Origin: an uncultured bacterium
GTDB taxonomy: Bacteria; CAYUVA01
Reading direction: 5' to 3'
Assembly: GCA_964448115.1 (NCBI GenBank)
Contig: CAYUVA010000037.1
Coordinates: 1-47,869 of the forward strand
DNA length: 47,869 nucleotides
Shown one piece after another: positions 9,063-18,362 of this stretch. A program made the position numbers and the translations under genes. A model generated the notes under the pieces. That model was given only the letters and a program-made list of their open reading frames with translations, made no database searches and was not told the DNA's origin. Every line of letters starts with the position of its first letter. Within the stretch, counting starts at the first letter, position 1.

Positions 9063-10508
9063 CTATTCACGATATCTGTACAGTTCATTGAAGAACTCGG
9101 TTAGCATCTTCTCTCGCACCTTGGCTGGCAGGGCATTTAGCACCTGGTTTATCTCAGCAAGTCGCTCAGGCAGTTCCACCCCTTTTATCCCCGCCATGGA
9201 AAGCATCTGCTCGAACACGCTCTCATTAAATTCGATATTTTCTTCACCAGCAAACATGGAGCTGATTAACTGGGGAAGCTCCGACCTCTCGGCGCTCTTG
9301 GCGCGCTGCACAGCCTTTTGCAGGTCTGCAAGAAAATCATCTACCCACTTGCGATTCGACGGATTTATCGACAGGTGAATATTCTCCTTGGAGCTATGAA
9401 ATGATAGCTGCGGCTGGATGAACCATCCCAGTTGCTTCATCTCGTCTATTATATGGAATACATCCACCGTATCCGAGGTGAAGGACAGAAGGTTCATCTC
9501 CGGGTAAGCCATCAGCCTTAGATCGTCCATCTTATCGATTGCATCAGCCATAATTTTCGTGGTTTGGAGCGCATTTCGGGCAAGCTCAAGATACCCCTCA
9601 TCGCCCAGGAAATTCACGATAGCCCAGGCAGCAGCCAAGGGACCGCCGGTCTTTGTGCTTTGGATGGTGTTGTTTATCACCGAGTACCCGGACCAACTGG
9701 CGCAGGTATATATCTGGTACTTCCTTAGCTGCTTGTTTCTGTAAAGCACGACGGAAGCGCCTTTTGCTGCAAAGGCGTACTTGTGGAAGTCCATGGATAT
9801 GGAGCTGACGCCGGGCACAGAAAAATCAAATGGTGGCACCGGCGAGCCTAAACGCTTGAAATAGGGAAGCAAAAATCCTCCCATGCAGGCATCGACATGC
9901 AGCCATAGTTCGTGTTCTTGCGCCAGCTTGCCCAGATGCTCGATGGGGTCGATGACGCCATGAGCATAAGAGACAGCGGAGCCGACCAGCATTATCGTAT
10001 TGGGAGTGATTGCACCTTGAATCGCATCCACATCAGCCTTATAGGTAGCGGGATCAATCGGCACCATCACCGTCTTCACATCCAGGTAGTGCGCTGCCTT
10101 GTGGAAGGCTGCGTGTGCGGTCTCAGGGAGGATCATCTCCGGCTCTCTTATATTGGGGCGTTTGTCTCGGTTGTAATCCCTGGCAGCCTTGACAGCGAGT
10201 ATAATGCTCTCGGTGCCGCCGCTGGTAAAGTTGCCCACCACATCCTGGTCTCCACCCAGATGGCTGGCAGCCATGGAAACCAGCTCGGTCTCGAAGCGAA
10301 GCATGCTCGGAAACGCAGTAGGGTCCAAGGCATTCTCGGACAAAAAGCTCATGTAGGCATGTTTTATAACCTCTGAAGCCTCCTCGCCGGGGTCGTAGAT
10401 ATAAGCCCATGCCCTGCCATCCCGCCAGTTCATGTCGTTTGCGCGGTATTGTTCCATAAGCTCGATGATCTTTTCCTTTGCAAAACCTTTTTCTGGAATC
10501 TTCTTCAT
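9063..10508 (-). CDS. PLP-dependent group II decarboxylase / sphingosine-1-phosphate-lyase-like protein
   Basis: FTSGGTESIILA, AHAAFHKAAHY, WLHVDACMGG, SMDFHKY (PLP lysine). Confidence 0.88.
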   Translation of the reverse strand: MKKIPEKGFAKEKIIELMEQYRANDMNWRDGRAWAYIYDPGEEASEVIKHAYMSFLSENALDPTAFPSMLRFETELVSMAASHLGGDQDVVGNFTSGGTESIILAVKAARDYNRDKRPNIREPEMILPETAHAAFHKAAHYLDVKTVMVPIDPATYKADVDAIQGAITPNTIMLVGSAVSYAHGVIDPIEHLGKLAQEHELWLHVDACMGGFLLPYFKRLGSPVPPFDFSVPGVSSISMDFHKYAFAAKGASVVLYRNKQLRKYQIYTCASWSGYSVINNTIQSTKTGGPLAAAWAIVNFLGDEGYLELARNALQTTKIMADAIDKMDDLRLMAYPEMNLLSFTSDTVDVFHIIDEMKQLGWFIQPQLSFHSSKENIHLSINPSNRKWVDDFLADLQKAVQRAKSAERSELPQLISSMFAGEENIEFNESVFEQMLSMAGIKGVELPERLAEINQVLNALPAKVREKMLTEFFNELYRYRE

Positions 10509-10701
10509 ACAATTTGCTCCGCGAGTAAGTTAATCTGCTGTTTTAGTTGTAAAGCACCTCACTATGATAACAGGAAATTGGTAACATCAAATAACTGGCG
10601 CTGTCAACGATTGTGTTTCTCCCCAGATTCTCGGTTTGAAATCCAAGGTGTGGAGATGGCAAGAATAGGGTGTCCTTCCTACTGTCGCGCTCCCACCCCT
10701 T

Positions 10702-10885
10702 TGTTATTGCCGTCCCGCAATAAATGCGGGGGGAATCCAAAGGAAAAAATGTTATTACCTTATGAGCCCTGCGCAAGCTAGTGAGAAACTCGGAATGATC
10801 CCGACCTTATCGGTAGCTTGGTATTACTGACATTTTGAGACAAACCCTTTTTATTCCCCCCCGTTTACGGGGAGATGAAGGGTGA
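10702..10885. repeat. Cluster of REP-like GC-rich palindromes in a divergent intergenic region
   Basis: CCCGCA-ATAAA-TGCGGG (10714-10730) followed by GGGAATCCA; CCGA-CCTTA-TCGG (10801-10813); CCCCG-TTTA-CGGGG (10859-10872) flanked by CCCTT...AAGGG. Confidence 0.4.
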
Positions 10886-11006
10886 GTAAACTGTCTCGAA
10901 GTGGCGACCTAAATCTTATGTCATGAGGAGTGCCGACTTTTGGGATCTTGTTTTTAATACCATTTGCTAAAAGTGCATAAATTCAAACTTTAGAACAAAT
11001 TATATA

Positions 11007-11035
11007 TTGACATCAGAGAAAGGGTGATATATAAA
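11007..11035 (+). promoter_or_regulatory. Candidate sigma70 promoter for the barrel-caspase genes
   Basis: TTGACA (11007-11012), 17 nt, TATAAA (11030-11035), in an AT-rich context. Confidence 0.5.
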
Positions 11036-11131
11036 TATTGTAATCAGGATAACGAAATTACAGAAAATCTCGGACAGAACTTAGAAAAGGTACTCAGTGA
11101 ACTTTCTATGTAGATAAATATCAAAAGGAAA

Positions 11132-12370
11132 ATGCCAATGGAGAAGCAACCTCATTTCGACAGATTGATCGGGATAATTGTCCTGTTGATAATTATGGTG
11201 CCTGGGATGGCATTCGCCTTGAGGGCAGGCATACCGGCTAAGGCTTTCAACATATCCTTCTATGGGGCTGGTGCGCGAGCTATGTCCATGGGCGGTGCGT
11301 TCATCTCTATCGCCGATGATGCGACCGCTGTGGAGTGGAACCCGGCTGGTATCTGCGTGATGATAAAACCGGAGGTGTTCCTCAGCGCCAAGCTGATCGA
11401 CTTCACACACCAGGAATTAAAGGGCGGAACCGCCGATGCAATCGAATACCAGGATGTCAAAGAGAGCTATATCAGCCCCACCTTCGGGAGCCTGGTCATT
11501 CCCATCAACCGATTCGTGCTCGGATTCTATCGCCTGGTAGTCGCAGATTGGCGCAAGGAGTGGATTTCAGCCCCGATATACACATCGGATAGCCAAGCAG
11601 TCTTTATATCTGGATTGGAAAATAAAACTATTACTGAAGTGGTCAATTACGGCATTACACCAAGTTACCGGCTCAAGGATAACTTCTATATCGGCGCCAG
11701 TCTCAGGTATTCTGCGCTCTCGAATGACGCCGAGGGGAGGCGCTGGACACCGGGAAGCACCAGCCCGACGGTGAATAGAGAGATCACGGATAACTACATG
11801 GGCATAGATCTTGGTGCCTTGTATAAGTTCGACCATTTAAGGCTCGGAATGGTTTATAAAAGCGGCGGAAGCATAGAGTATTATGACAACTACTGGGGAG
11901 ATGAATACACGCTCACCGAGAAGATAAATATACCCTGGTCCCTCGGATTCGGCATATCGGGAATTTGGAGCAATTTTACCGCTGCCTTCGATGCGGTCTA
12001 TGTGCCATACTCAAACCTGGGCGAGGATCTTGTCCTGCCCGATGATCCTGCGATTGAAGGGGTTTGGTATCCCGGAAGGGATGTGGTAGAGCTTCATCTC
12101 GGATTGGAGTATGTGGTTGTACTCGGTCGGGTACCGATTGCCCTGAGAAGCGGGATCTTTTATCAGCCGGCTCATCTGCCATACTATGACTCGAAGGATA
12201 GCACCCAGCGTGATGACATATTCACCGCAAATGTCTTCTACAAGGATGATGACCTAGTTTTCTTAAGTGCTGGCTTGGGCACAGCCATCGGTCGGGTAAA
12301 GGTTGACATTGGATACACAACTGCTGATAATATAAACGAAACATTAATATCAATCGGTTTTAGATTTTGA
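11132..12370 (+). CDS. Outer-membrane beta-barrel of the FadL/PorV superfamily
   Basis: Signal peptide, GARAMSMGGAFISIADDATAVEWNPAG plug motif, alternating strands, C-terminal ISIGFRF with terminal Phe. Confidence 0.85.
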   Translation: MPMEKQPHFDRLIGIIVLLIIMVPGMAFALRAGIPAKAFNISFYGAGARAMSMGGAFISIADDATAVEWNPAGICVMIKPEVFLSAKLIDFTHQELKGGTADAIEYQDVKESYISPTFGSLVIPINRFVLGFYRLVVADWRKEWISAPIYTSDSQAVFISGLENKTITEVVNYGITPSYRLKDNFYIGASLRYSALSNDAEGRRWTPGSTSPTVNREITDNYMGIDLGALYKFDHLRLGMVYKSGGSIEYYDNYWGDEYTLTEKINIPWSLGFGISGIWSNFTAAFDAVYVPYSNLGEDLVLPDDPAIEGVWYPGRDVVELHLGLEYVVVLGRVPIALRSGIFYQPAHLPYYDSKDSTQRDDIFTANVFYKDDDLVFLSAGLGTAIGRVKVDIGYTTADNINETLISIGFRF

Positions 12371-12372
12371 GG

Positions 12373-14658
12373 ATGAGGTATATACAGATAGTCTTGTTTG
12401 CTATAGTCATCATTGCAATAGTGCCTGGTGTGCTCTGCGCAAAGCAGTGGTACGAGTACTACGAGAATGCGATAAGATTGTACAAGGAAGGTTATTATGC
12501 GGATGCAGAACAGATTTTGCTCGATCTAATAAAGCAAAAGCGAAAGCCTGATAGGCGCATCCGCACTTACGGGATGAACTTTATCGAATATACTCCATAC
12601 AAGCTGTTGGGCGAGATCTACATCAGCCAAAAAAGGTGGAGCCAAGCGGATGAGGTTCTTAAAAAATCATTGAAATACGGCGCTGCGGAAAGTTCAGATG
12701 TAGAGAGCCTCCTTCAGAGCCTGCATCTTCCCCCAGAGACGCCATTTATCGAGACCTTGAAAAGCGATTACATCAGCGGTCATTTCAGGCTGCTCTGGGA
12801 TGCTACTCGGCGAGCAAAGAAGTATGAACTGTGGATATCCGATTCCATGTATTTCACCCAATACTCCAAATATCTGACCGACAGCAACGGGATAGCGATA
12901 CTTATCGATGCCAGCGGGCTTTATTATATAAAGCTCAGAGCCATCAATGACTACGGCGAGAGCGAATGGAGCTATATAGGTGAGCTAACTCTTCTGTTGC
13001 CGACCTATACCCCTACCTCGACCGCGACCGAGACCGACACGCCGAGCCGAACGCCAACTACAACCAGAACGCCTACTAATACAAGGACGCCGAGCAGGAC
13101 TCCAACAAAAACCTCGACATACACTGCTATTCCGACTCGCACTCCAACCAGGACACCGACCAGAACAGCCACACGCACACCTACCGGGCTACCGACCTTG
13201 ACTCCAACAAGGACTCCCACGCCGACCCGAACGCCGACCGCAATACCTACCTACACACCGACTCCTACTGGAATTGCCATTCCACCGCAAATTACCGTCC
13301 ATGAGCCTGTCGATGGCTATCAGACGACCCTTCCAGCAATTGCTTTGAAGGGTATAGTAAGCTCTCGTGTCCCTATAGATGACTTCTATGTCGCGCTTGG
13401 CGATCACTACAATAAGATCCCCATAAAAAGGGCATTGGATAGACGCCGCCAGGTGAATGAGATAAATTTCTCGGAGAGGATCAACCTAAGCCCCGGCTCC
13501 AATCGGATATTCGTTGTGGCAGGCAATAAATTCGGCATTTCCCGTAAGACCATCACTGTATATTTCAACGAGCCTACGCCAATCCCGGATGAGGAACGAA
13601 AGCTGGTCAATATAGACCGCATAATCGGCGGTCAAAGGTATGCTGTTATCATTGGAATCGCTGAATACGAGGATAGATCGATCCCAAGGCTTAAATATAC
13701 TATAGCTGATGCAAAGGCTATTTATGATACGCTGGTCGATCCTGAAGTGGGACAGATGAAGCCGGACAATATTCGGCTTTTGCTCAACAAAGAAGCCACC
13801 TTGATAAATGTCAAGTCAGCCATAGGTGATTGGGTCAGGCGCCAGGGAGCTACCCAGGACGACACCCTGATATTTTACTTTGCCGGGCATGGCGCTATTG
13901 CCGATGATATCTTTGGCGAGGAGCCTGATGGGATGGCAAAATACCTGGTCTGCTATGATACAAAACTGGATAAGCTGCACTTTTCCGGGCTTTCACAGTT
14001 GGATATGAACAGGTTATTTAGGTCGTTAAACTTGAAGCGCCTGGTTGTGATATTGGATGCCTGCCACTCTGGGGGAGTCGCCGGCTTCGGACTGCTTTCA
14101 TCGACCGGTCGAAGGACTTTACCAGCTAATTTTTACAGCAATCTATCCGGCGAGGGGAGAATCATCATCAGCTCCTCCAAAGCCAACGAGGTCTCGATGG
14201 AGTTGGATAGACTGGGGCATGGGCTTTTCACATATCATCTTTTAGGTGCATTGAAGGGCAAGGCTGACACGGATAAGGACGGCTTCTGCACCATAAACGA
14301 GATATACAACTATGTAAGCAAGATTGTTCCGCAGGAGGCTGGCAAGCTCGGCGGCAGGCAGCAGCCGATACTCGATGCCAGGCTGGAGGGGGACTTTGCG
14401 GTTACTTACAATATGTCTATTTTCAGAAAAATAGAGGAACTCAAGAAAGAAAGGCTTGCCAGACTGCTGGTCATTTTCTCTAAAGGTGAGATTACCAGCG
14501 AGGAGTATCAGCAGGCTTATGATATTCTGAGCAAGGACGACTCCGAGCTGACCTCGCTAGAGAAGGATCTTAAGAACCTTGTGATCGGCTTAGTAGAGGG
14601 CACCATCCGCCCAAAAACTTTCTCCGAATCGAGGAAATTGCTGATACAGCAAAAATGA
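12373..14658 (+). CDS. Secreted multidomain caspase-like (peptidase C14) protein: signal peptide, TPR, FN3-like, Pro/Thr linker, Ig-like, caspase
   Basis: [17 protein letters not shown] (His), ILDACHSG (Cys), [21 protein letters not shown]-terminal hydrophobic signal. Alternative TTG start at 12367. Confidence 0.88.
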   Translation: MRYIQIVLFAIVIIAIVPGVLCAKQWYEYYENAIRLYKEGYYADAEQILLDLIKQKRKPDRRIRTYGMNFIEYTPYKLLGEIYISQKRWSQADEVLKKSLKYGAAESSDVESLLQSLHLPPETPFIETLKSDYISGHFRLLWDATRRAKKYELWISDSMYFTQYSKYLTDSNGIAILIDASGLYYIKLRAINDYGESEWSYIGELTLLLPTYTPTSTATETDTPSRTPTTTRTPTNTRTPSRTPTKTSTYTAIPTRTPTRTPTRTATRTPTGLPTLTPTRTPTPTRTPTAIPTYTPTPTGIAIPPQITVHEPVDGYQTTLPAIALKGIVSSRVPIDDFYVALGDHYNKIPIKRALDRRRQVNEINFSERINLSPGSNRIFVVAGNKFGISRKTITVYFNEPTPIPDEERKLVNIDRIIGGQRYAVIIGIAEYEDRSIPRLKYTIADAKAIYDTLVDPEVGQMKPDNIRLLLNKEATLINVKSAIGDWVRRQGATQDDTLIFYFAGHGAIADDIFGEEPDGMAKYLVCYDTKLDKLHFSGLSQLDMNRLFRSLNLKRLVVILDACHSGGVAGFGLLSSTGRRTLPANFYSNLSGEGRIIISSSKANEVSMELDRLGHGLFTYHLLGALKGKADTDKDGFCTINEIYNYVSKIVPQEAGKLGGRQQPILDARLEGDFAVTYNMSIFRKIEELKKERLARLLVIFSKGEITSEEYQQAYDILSKDDSELTSLEKDLKNLVIGLVEGTIRPKTFSESRKLLIQQK
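13000..13285 (+). repeat. Pro/Thr/Arg low-complexity linker (TPTRTPT)n inside the caspase gene
   Basis: Translation shows repeated TPTR/TPTN/TPSR units. Codons are varied, so the repeat is not a recent DNA duplication. Confidence 0.8.
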
Positions 14659-14751
14659 GGATATACTAAAAATGTATAAGCCAGGAAGCACAACTAGCAT
14701 GTTACTTTAAGAAAAGGTAATATTATAGCATAATCATCTAAACTGGAGGAC

Positions 14752-17283
14752 ATGATGATGAACAAGGCATTATGCTCGGTATCACTTAGCCTTCTGGCAG
14801 CGATGATAATTTGGGCTGTGCCGACCATAGCTCAAGGCACCACGATCACCGTCGGGCACGGCGGCGGATACGACTACGGCACCATAACAGCGGCACTTGC
14901 AGCAGCAACATCGGGAGATACGATAACCGTCGCCGATGGAACTTATAATTACAATAGTGGAGAGTCTTTTCCGCTAGTTATGAAGCAAGGCGTTACACTG
15001 CAAAGAGAAAATGAAAGCATTCAGCCAATAATCGCAGGAATATCAACCCAATCGGTGATAGAGGTCGAAAATATATCCGATCCGGAAAACACCATCATCG
15101 ATGGCTTTATAATCCGCGATGGCGGTGGTAAGGATGTATCTGGCGAACGATATGGTGGCGGGATCTTCATGTATCTTTCATGGATAACCATCAGAAACTG
15201 CAAATTCACGGCGAACAACGCCAAGTATGGCGGCGGAATGTTTCTAGATAAATCAAGTCCTAACATTTTTTATTGTGAATTCGAGGATAATGAATCTTCA
15301 AGTCGTGGAGGTGGAATATATTGCAAGAATAACTCCAATGCGAACTTGTATAACTGCACTTTTATCAATAACAGCGCATCAGATTCTGGTGGCGGGATGT
15401 ATTGCTATGACTCTTCCCCCACCTTGACCGATTGCACCTTCAGCAATAACAGCGCAGATTATGGTGGCGGGATGTATTGCTCTTATTCTTCCCCCACCTT
15501 GTCCGGTTGCACCTTCAGCGATAACAGCGCATCAGATTATGGTGGCGGGATGTATTGCAAATCTTCTTCTTCCCCCACCTTGACCGATTGCAGCTTCAGC
15601 GATAACAGCGCATCTTATGATGGTGGCGGGATGTATTGCAAATCTTCTTCGCCCACCTTGACCGGTTGCAGCTTCAGCGATAACAGCGCATCAGATTCAG
15701 GTGGCGGGATGTATTGCTATTATTATTCTTCCCCCACCTTGACCGGTTGCACCTTCAGCAATAACAGGGCATCAGATTCAGGTGGTGGGATGTATTGCTA
15801 TTCTTCTTTCCCCATCTTGACATATTGTACCTTCACCAGAAACAGCGCATCAGATGAGGGCGGTGGGGTGAATTGCCATTATTCATCCCCAACATTAAAA
15901 AATTGCATATTATTTGGAAATATTGTTAATAATTATGGTGGAGGAATCAGTTGTGATAATGCTGATCCAATAATTATAAATTCAATAATCAATTTTAATA
16001 TTTCAAATATTCAGGGAGGCGGTATTCATTGTGATAATGACTCAGATCCAACTATTAAAAATTGTGTCATTACAAGGAATAAAACCAGTAGAGAAGGCGG
16101 CGCTTTGTTCACCTCTAACAACTCCAATCCTATATTGAAGAATACCATACTATGGAATAATTCACCTGATGAAATATATGATTTTATGAGTCCACCTGAT
16201 GTTATCTATTGCGACATAAAGGGTGGATATTCAGGGACAGGAAATATCAATGCAGATCCATTGTGGGTAGATTATAATTATGATTTTCATCTTCTTCCTG
16301 GCTCCCCATGTATAGATGCCGGCACTAATCTAGGCGCGCCGGATACAGACTTCGATGGTCAGTTAAGACCAAATCCGAATACAGGAATTACCGATATAGG
16401 TGCTGATGAATTTTACTCAGGATATGTAACCCCAACTCCAAGACCGACCGCTACTCCCACTGTCACTCCAACACCGACTATAACTCCTACTTCAACAAGC
16501 ACACCAACATCAACGAATACCCCAACAGCTACATCAACGACCGTACCGACCTTTACGCCTAGACCAACCTATACATCAACGCCTACATCCACTCCGAGGC
16601 CATACCCCTATAATCGCATTTTAGTTGCCGGTTATTGTGATACTTATGTGGATAGAATGTTGACTTCCGATGTATTTATGTTATCTTTATCAGGAGCGCT
16701 TGATGGATATGATATTATTGGCGTTGAGCTTTGTTATCTTTACGGTAATTCAGCAATTCCCTTGGGTATAGCTCTCGAATACACACCGCCTTTCCATACA
16801 TTGTCGTTCATAATTAAAGAGTACTCAATTCCATCTGGCTCAATTCCCTTTGGCTTAGTTGCACATTACTTGCCGCCAAAGGACAGCGAGCTATGGCCAT
16901 ATTTAGTTGTGCCACCGGGACCGCCGACGCTGACGCCGACAACTACACCGACCGATGTCCCCACCTTGACACCGACACCGTCTGTTACGCCCACCGCCAC
17001 GCCGACAGAGACCCCCTTCCCGCCGACAGCGTGCTTTACGATTGATCAAGATTGGCATGTACCAGATGATCCCTTCAAGTGCGATGCCTCTTGCTCCGAA
17101 GGGGCGACCGAGCTTGAGTACTGGTGGGACTGGGACGATGGAACTGGCTATCACCAGGGCAGCGACTACGAGGAGCATGCCTATACTTGGGACGATCTTG
17201 GTTATCATGATATCACGCTTAAGGTTATCGATCTTTATAATCAGGAGGATACATATTCCATCAGGATAGAGGTTGTGGAGTGA
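14752..17283 (+). CDS. Secreted parallel beta-helix repeat surface protein with Pro/Thr linkers and a C-terminal PKD-like domain
   Basis: GGAGG RBS; signal peptide; YGTITAALAAATSGDTITVADGTY...GESFPL start; GGGMYC..SSPTL..C.FS.N repeats; GNINADPLW...DFHLLPGSPCIDAG...DIGADEF cap; PTACFT...DASCS...YWWDWDDG...ITLKV PKD-like end. Confidence 0.88.
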   Translation: MMMNKALCSVSLSLLAAMIIWAVPTIAQGTTITVGHGGGYDYGTITAALAAATSGDTITVADGTYNYNSGESFPLVMKQGVTLQRENESIQPIIAGISTQSVIEVENISDPENTIIDGFIIRDGGGKDVSGERYGGGIFMYLSWITIRNCKFTANNAKYGGGMFLDKSSPNIFYCEFEDNESSSRGGGIYCKNNSNANLYNCTFINNSASDSGGGMYCYDSSPTLTDCTFSNNSADYGGGMYCSYSSPTLSGCTFSDNSASDYGGGMYCKSSSSPTLTDCSFSDNSASYDGGGMYCKSSSPTLTGCSFSDNSASDSGGGMYCYYYSSPTLTGCTFSNNRASDSGGGMYCYSSFPILTYCTFTRNSASDEGGGVNCHYSSPTLKNCILFGNIVNNYGGGISCDNADPIIINSIINFNISNIQGGGIHCDNDSDPTIKNCVITRNKTSREGGALFTSNNSNPILKNTILWNNSPDEIYDFMSPPDVIYCDIKGGYSGTGNINADPLWVDYNYDFHLLPGSPCIDAGTNLGAPDTDFDGQLRPNPNTGITDIGADEFYSGYVTPTPRPTATPTVTPTPTITPTSTSTPTSTNTPTATSTTVPTFTPRPTYTSTPTSTPRPYPYNRILVAGYCDTYVDRMLTSDVFMLSLSGALDGYDIIGVELCYLYGNSAIPLGIALEYTPPFHTLSFIIKEYSIPSGSIPFGLVAHYLPPKDSELWPYLVVPPGPPTLTPTTTPTDVPTLTPTPSVTPTATPTETPFPPTACFTIDQDWHVPDDPFKCDASCSEGATELEYWWDWDDGTGYHQGSDYEEHAYTWDDLGYHDITLKVIDLYNQEDTYSIRIEVVE
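15370..15840 (+). repeat. Six near-identical in-frame tandem repeats (75-81 nt) encoding beta-helix rungs
   Basis: Units start at 15370, 15448, 15523, 15604, 15682 and 15763 (lengths 78, 75, 81, 78, 81, 78). Shared core AACAGCGCA...GGTGGCGGGATGTATTGC...TCCCCCACCTTG...TGCA(C/G)CTTCAGC. A degenerate seventh unit starts at 15841. Confidence 0.95.
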
Positions 17284-17378
17284 GGCGTGAGGCTTGGTTA
17301 TTGAACCACAAAGGCACCAAGGCACGAAGAGGAAAGTGATACCGTGATAAGGTGATACCGTGAAGAGAGGATGGTTAA
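17283..17378 (+). repeat. Dispersed modular intergenic repeat, copy 1
   Basis: AGGCGTGAGGCTTG (17283-17296), AACCACAAAGGCACCAAGGCACGAAGAGGA (17304-17333), GTGATACCGTGA twice (17336, 17352), GAGGATGGTTAA (17367-17378). Three of these modules recur on the minus strand at 36139-36206. Confidence 0.75.
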
Positions 17379-17561
17379 ACAAGGTTAACTGATTCAGCGC
17401 TGAAACAGTTACCAGGTATCAGGTTAGGCGCGGGGGAGAATGAAAAACTTTCGTTTGATAGTTGAGTCTGCAATTTTTTCGTGTAATTCTCGCTTTTAGC
17501 AAACCTGCTAAGCATTTTTTAATTTCTTATGTTGGAATTACAGTAACCGGCTAATCAATTC

Positions 17562-17590
17562 TTGACATAAGATGAACCCTCGCTGATAAT
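17562..17590 (+). promoter_or_regulatory. Sigma70-type promoter of pspA
   Basis: TTGACA (17562-17567), 17 nt, GATAAT (17585-17590). AAGGAG RBS at 17612-17617. Confidence 0.65.
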
Positions 17591-17624
17591 GATTGAGCAC
17601 AAGAATAAGCCAAGGAGTAAAGGC

Positions 17625-18320
17625 ATGTCATTTATAAAACGATTCATCGATGTCATAAGAGCCAACATCAACGAACTTATCGATAAAGCCGAGCATCCGG
17701 TCAAGATGTTGGAACAGCTTATCCGAGATATGGAGGATAACTACAAGAAAGCCAAGGTCAAGACAGCCCAGGTAATGGGAGAGCTTAGGGTGATTGAGAA
17801 TCGTCTCGCTAAAGCCAAGGATCTTGAGAAAGCATGGAAGGATCGCGCTATGCTCGCCCTTAGAGAAGATAGGGAAGACTTGGCTAAAGAGGCGCTGCTT
17901 AAACGCCGAAGCGCCAGCCAGGATCAAGCATTCCTGCAACAGGAACTCATCAAACAAAAAGAAGCAGCCGAGACCCTGCAAAAGGGGCTTAAGGCGCTCG
18001 AGCTTAAGATCGAGGAGGCTAAGAAGAAAAGAGCAATACTTGCGACCAAGGTAAGAAGGGCACAAGTCCAAAAGGAGCTGAGAGAGGTAATCACCGGTAT
18101 TGATGATGAGGGCTTGATCAAGGCTTTCGATGATATGGAGGAACGAATAGAGCTGATGGAGGCACAGGGCGATGCGCTGAAGGAGCTGGAAGGTATCAGT
18201 GCTGAACAACAACTTCAAGCGCTGGAGGCTGACCACGAGCTTCAAAAGGAGTTAAAGGCACTCAAGGCAGAGATGGGCATACTTCCTAGCGAAGACATGG
18301 ATGAGCCAGAGAAAGACTAG
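17625..18320 (+). CDS. pspA: PspA/IM30 family protein
   Basis: MSFIKRFIDVIRANINELIDKAEHPVKMLEQLIRDME, REDLAKEAL, AFDDMEERIELMEA. ATG 17625 follows AAGGAG (the ORF track starts at 17589). Confidence 0.93.
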   Translation: MSFIKRFIDVIRANINELIDKAEHPVKMLEQLIRDMEDNYKKAKVKTAQVMGELRVIENRLAKAKDLEKAWKDRAMLALREDREDLAKEALLKRRSASQDQAFLQQELIKQKEAAETLQKGLKALELKIEEAKKKRAILATKVRRAQVQKELREVITGIDDEGLIKAFDDMEERIELMEAQGDALKELEGISAEQQLQALEADHELQKELKALKAEMGILPSEDMDEPEKD

Positions 18321-18362
18321 GTAGAGACCAAAGTTTCCCTTCATTCATATAAGATTTTTTTT

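Noticed and set aside
10449-10781. Small ORFs in the divergent intergenic region
   Set aside because: No RBS or recognisable motif; they overlap palindromic elements and the start of the PLP gene.
13005-13220. Antisense Val/Gly-rich ORF
   Set aside because: It is the mirror of the Pro/Thr linker on the coding strand.
15370-15910. CRISPR array
   Set aside because: The units are in-frame coding repeats with no unique spacers, and there are no cas genes in the window.
14752-17283. Complete diversity-generating retroelement
   Set aside because: No reverse transcriptase and no separate template repeat differing only at adenines was found. Kept only as a hypothesis for a trans-acting element.
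16903-17382. 159 aa antisense ORF containing FLFVPWCLCG
   Set aside because: It is a translation of the 8 nt periodic repeat plus the antisense of the PKD/linker region.
17628-18245. 205 aa antisense ORF over pspA
   Set aside because: Shadow of a coiled-coil coding sequence; Leu/Phe-rich with no independent signals.
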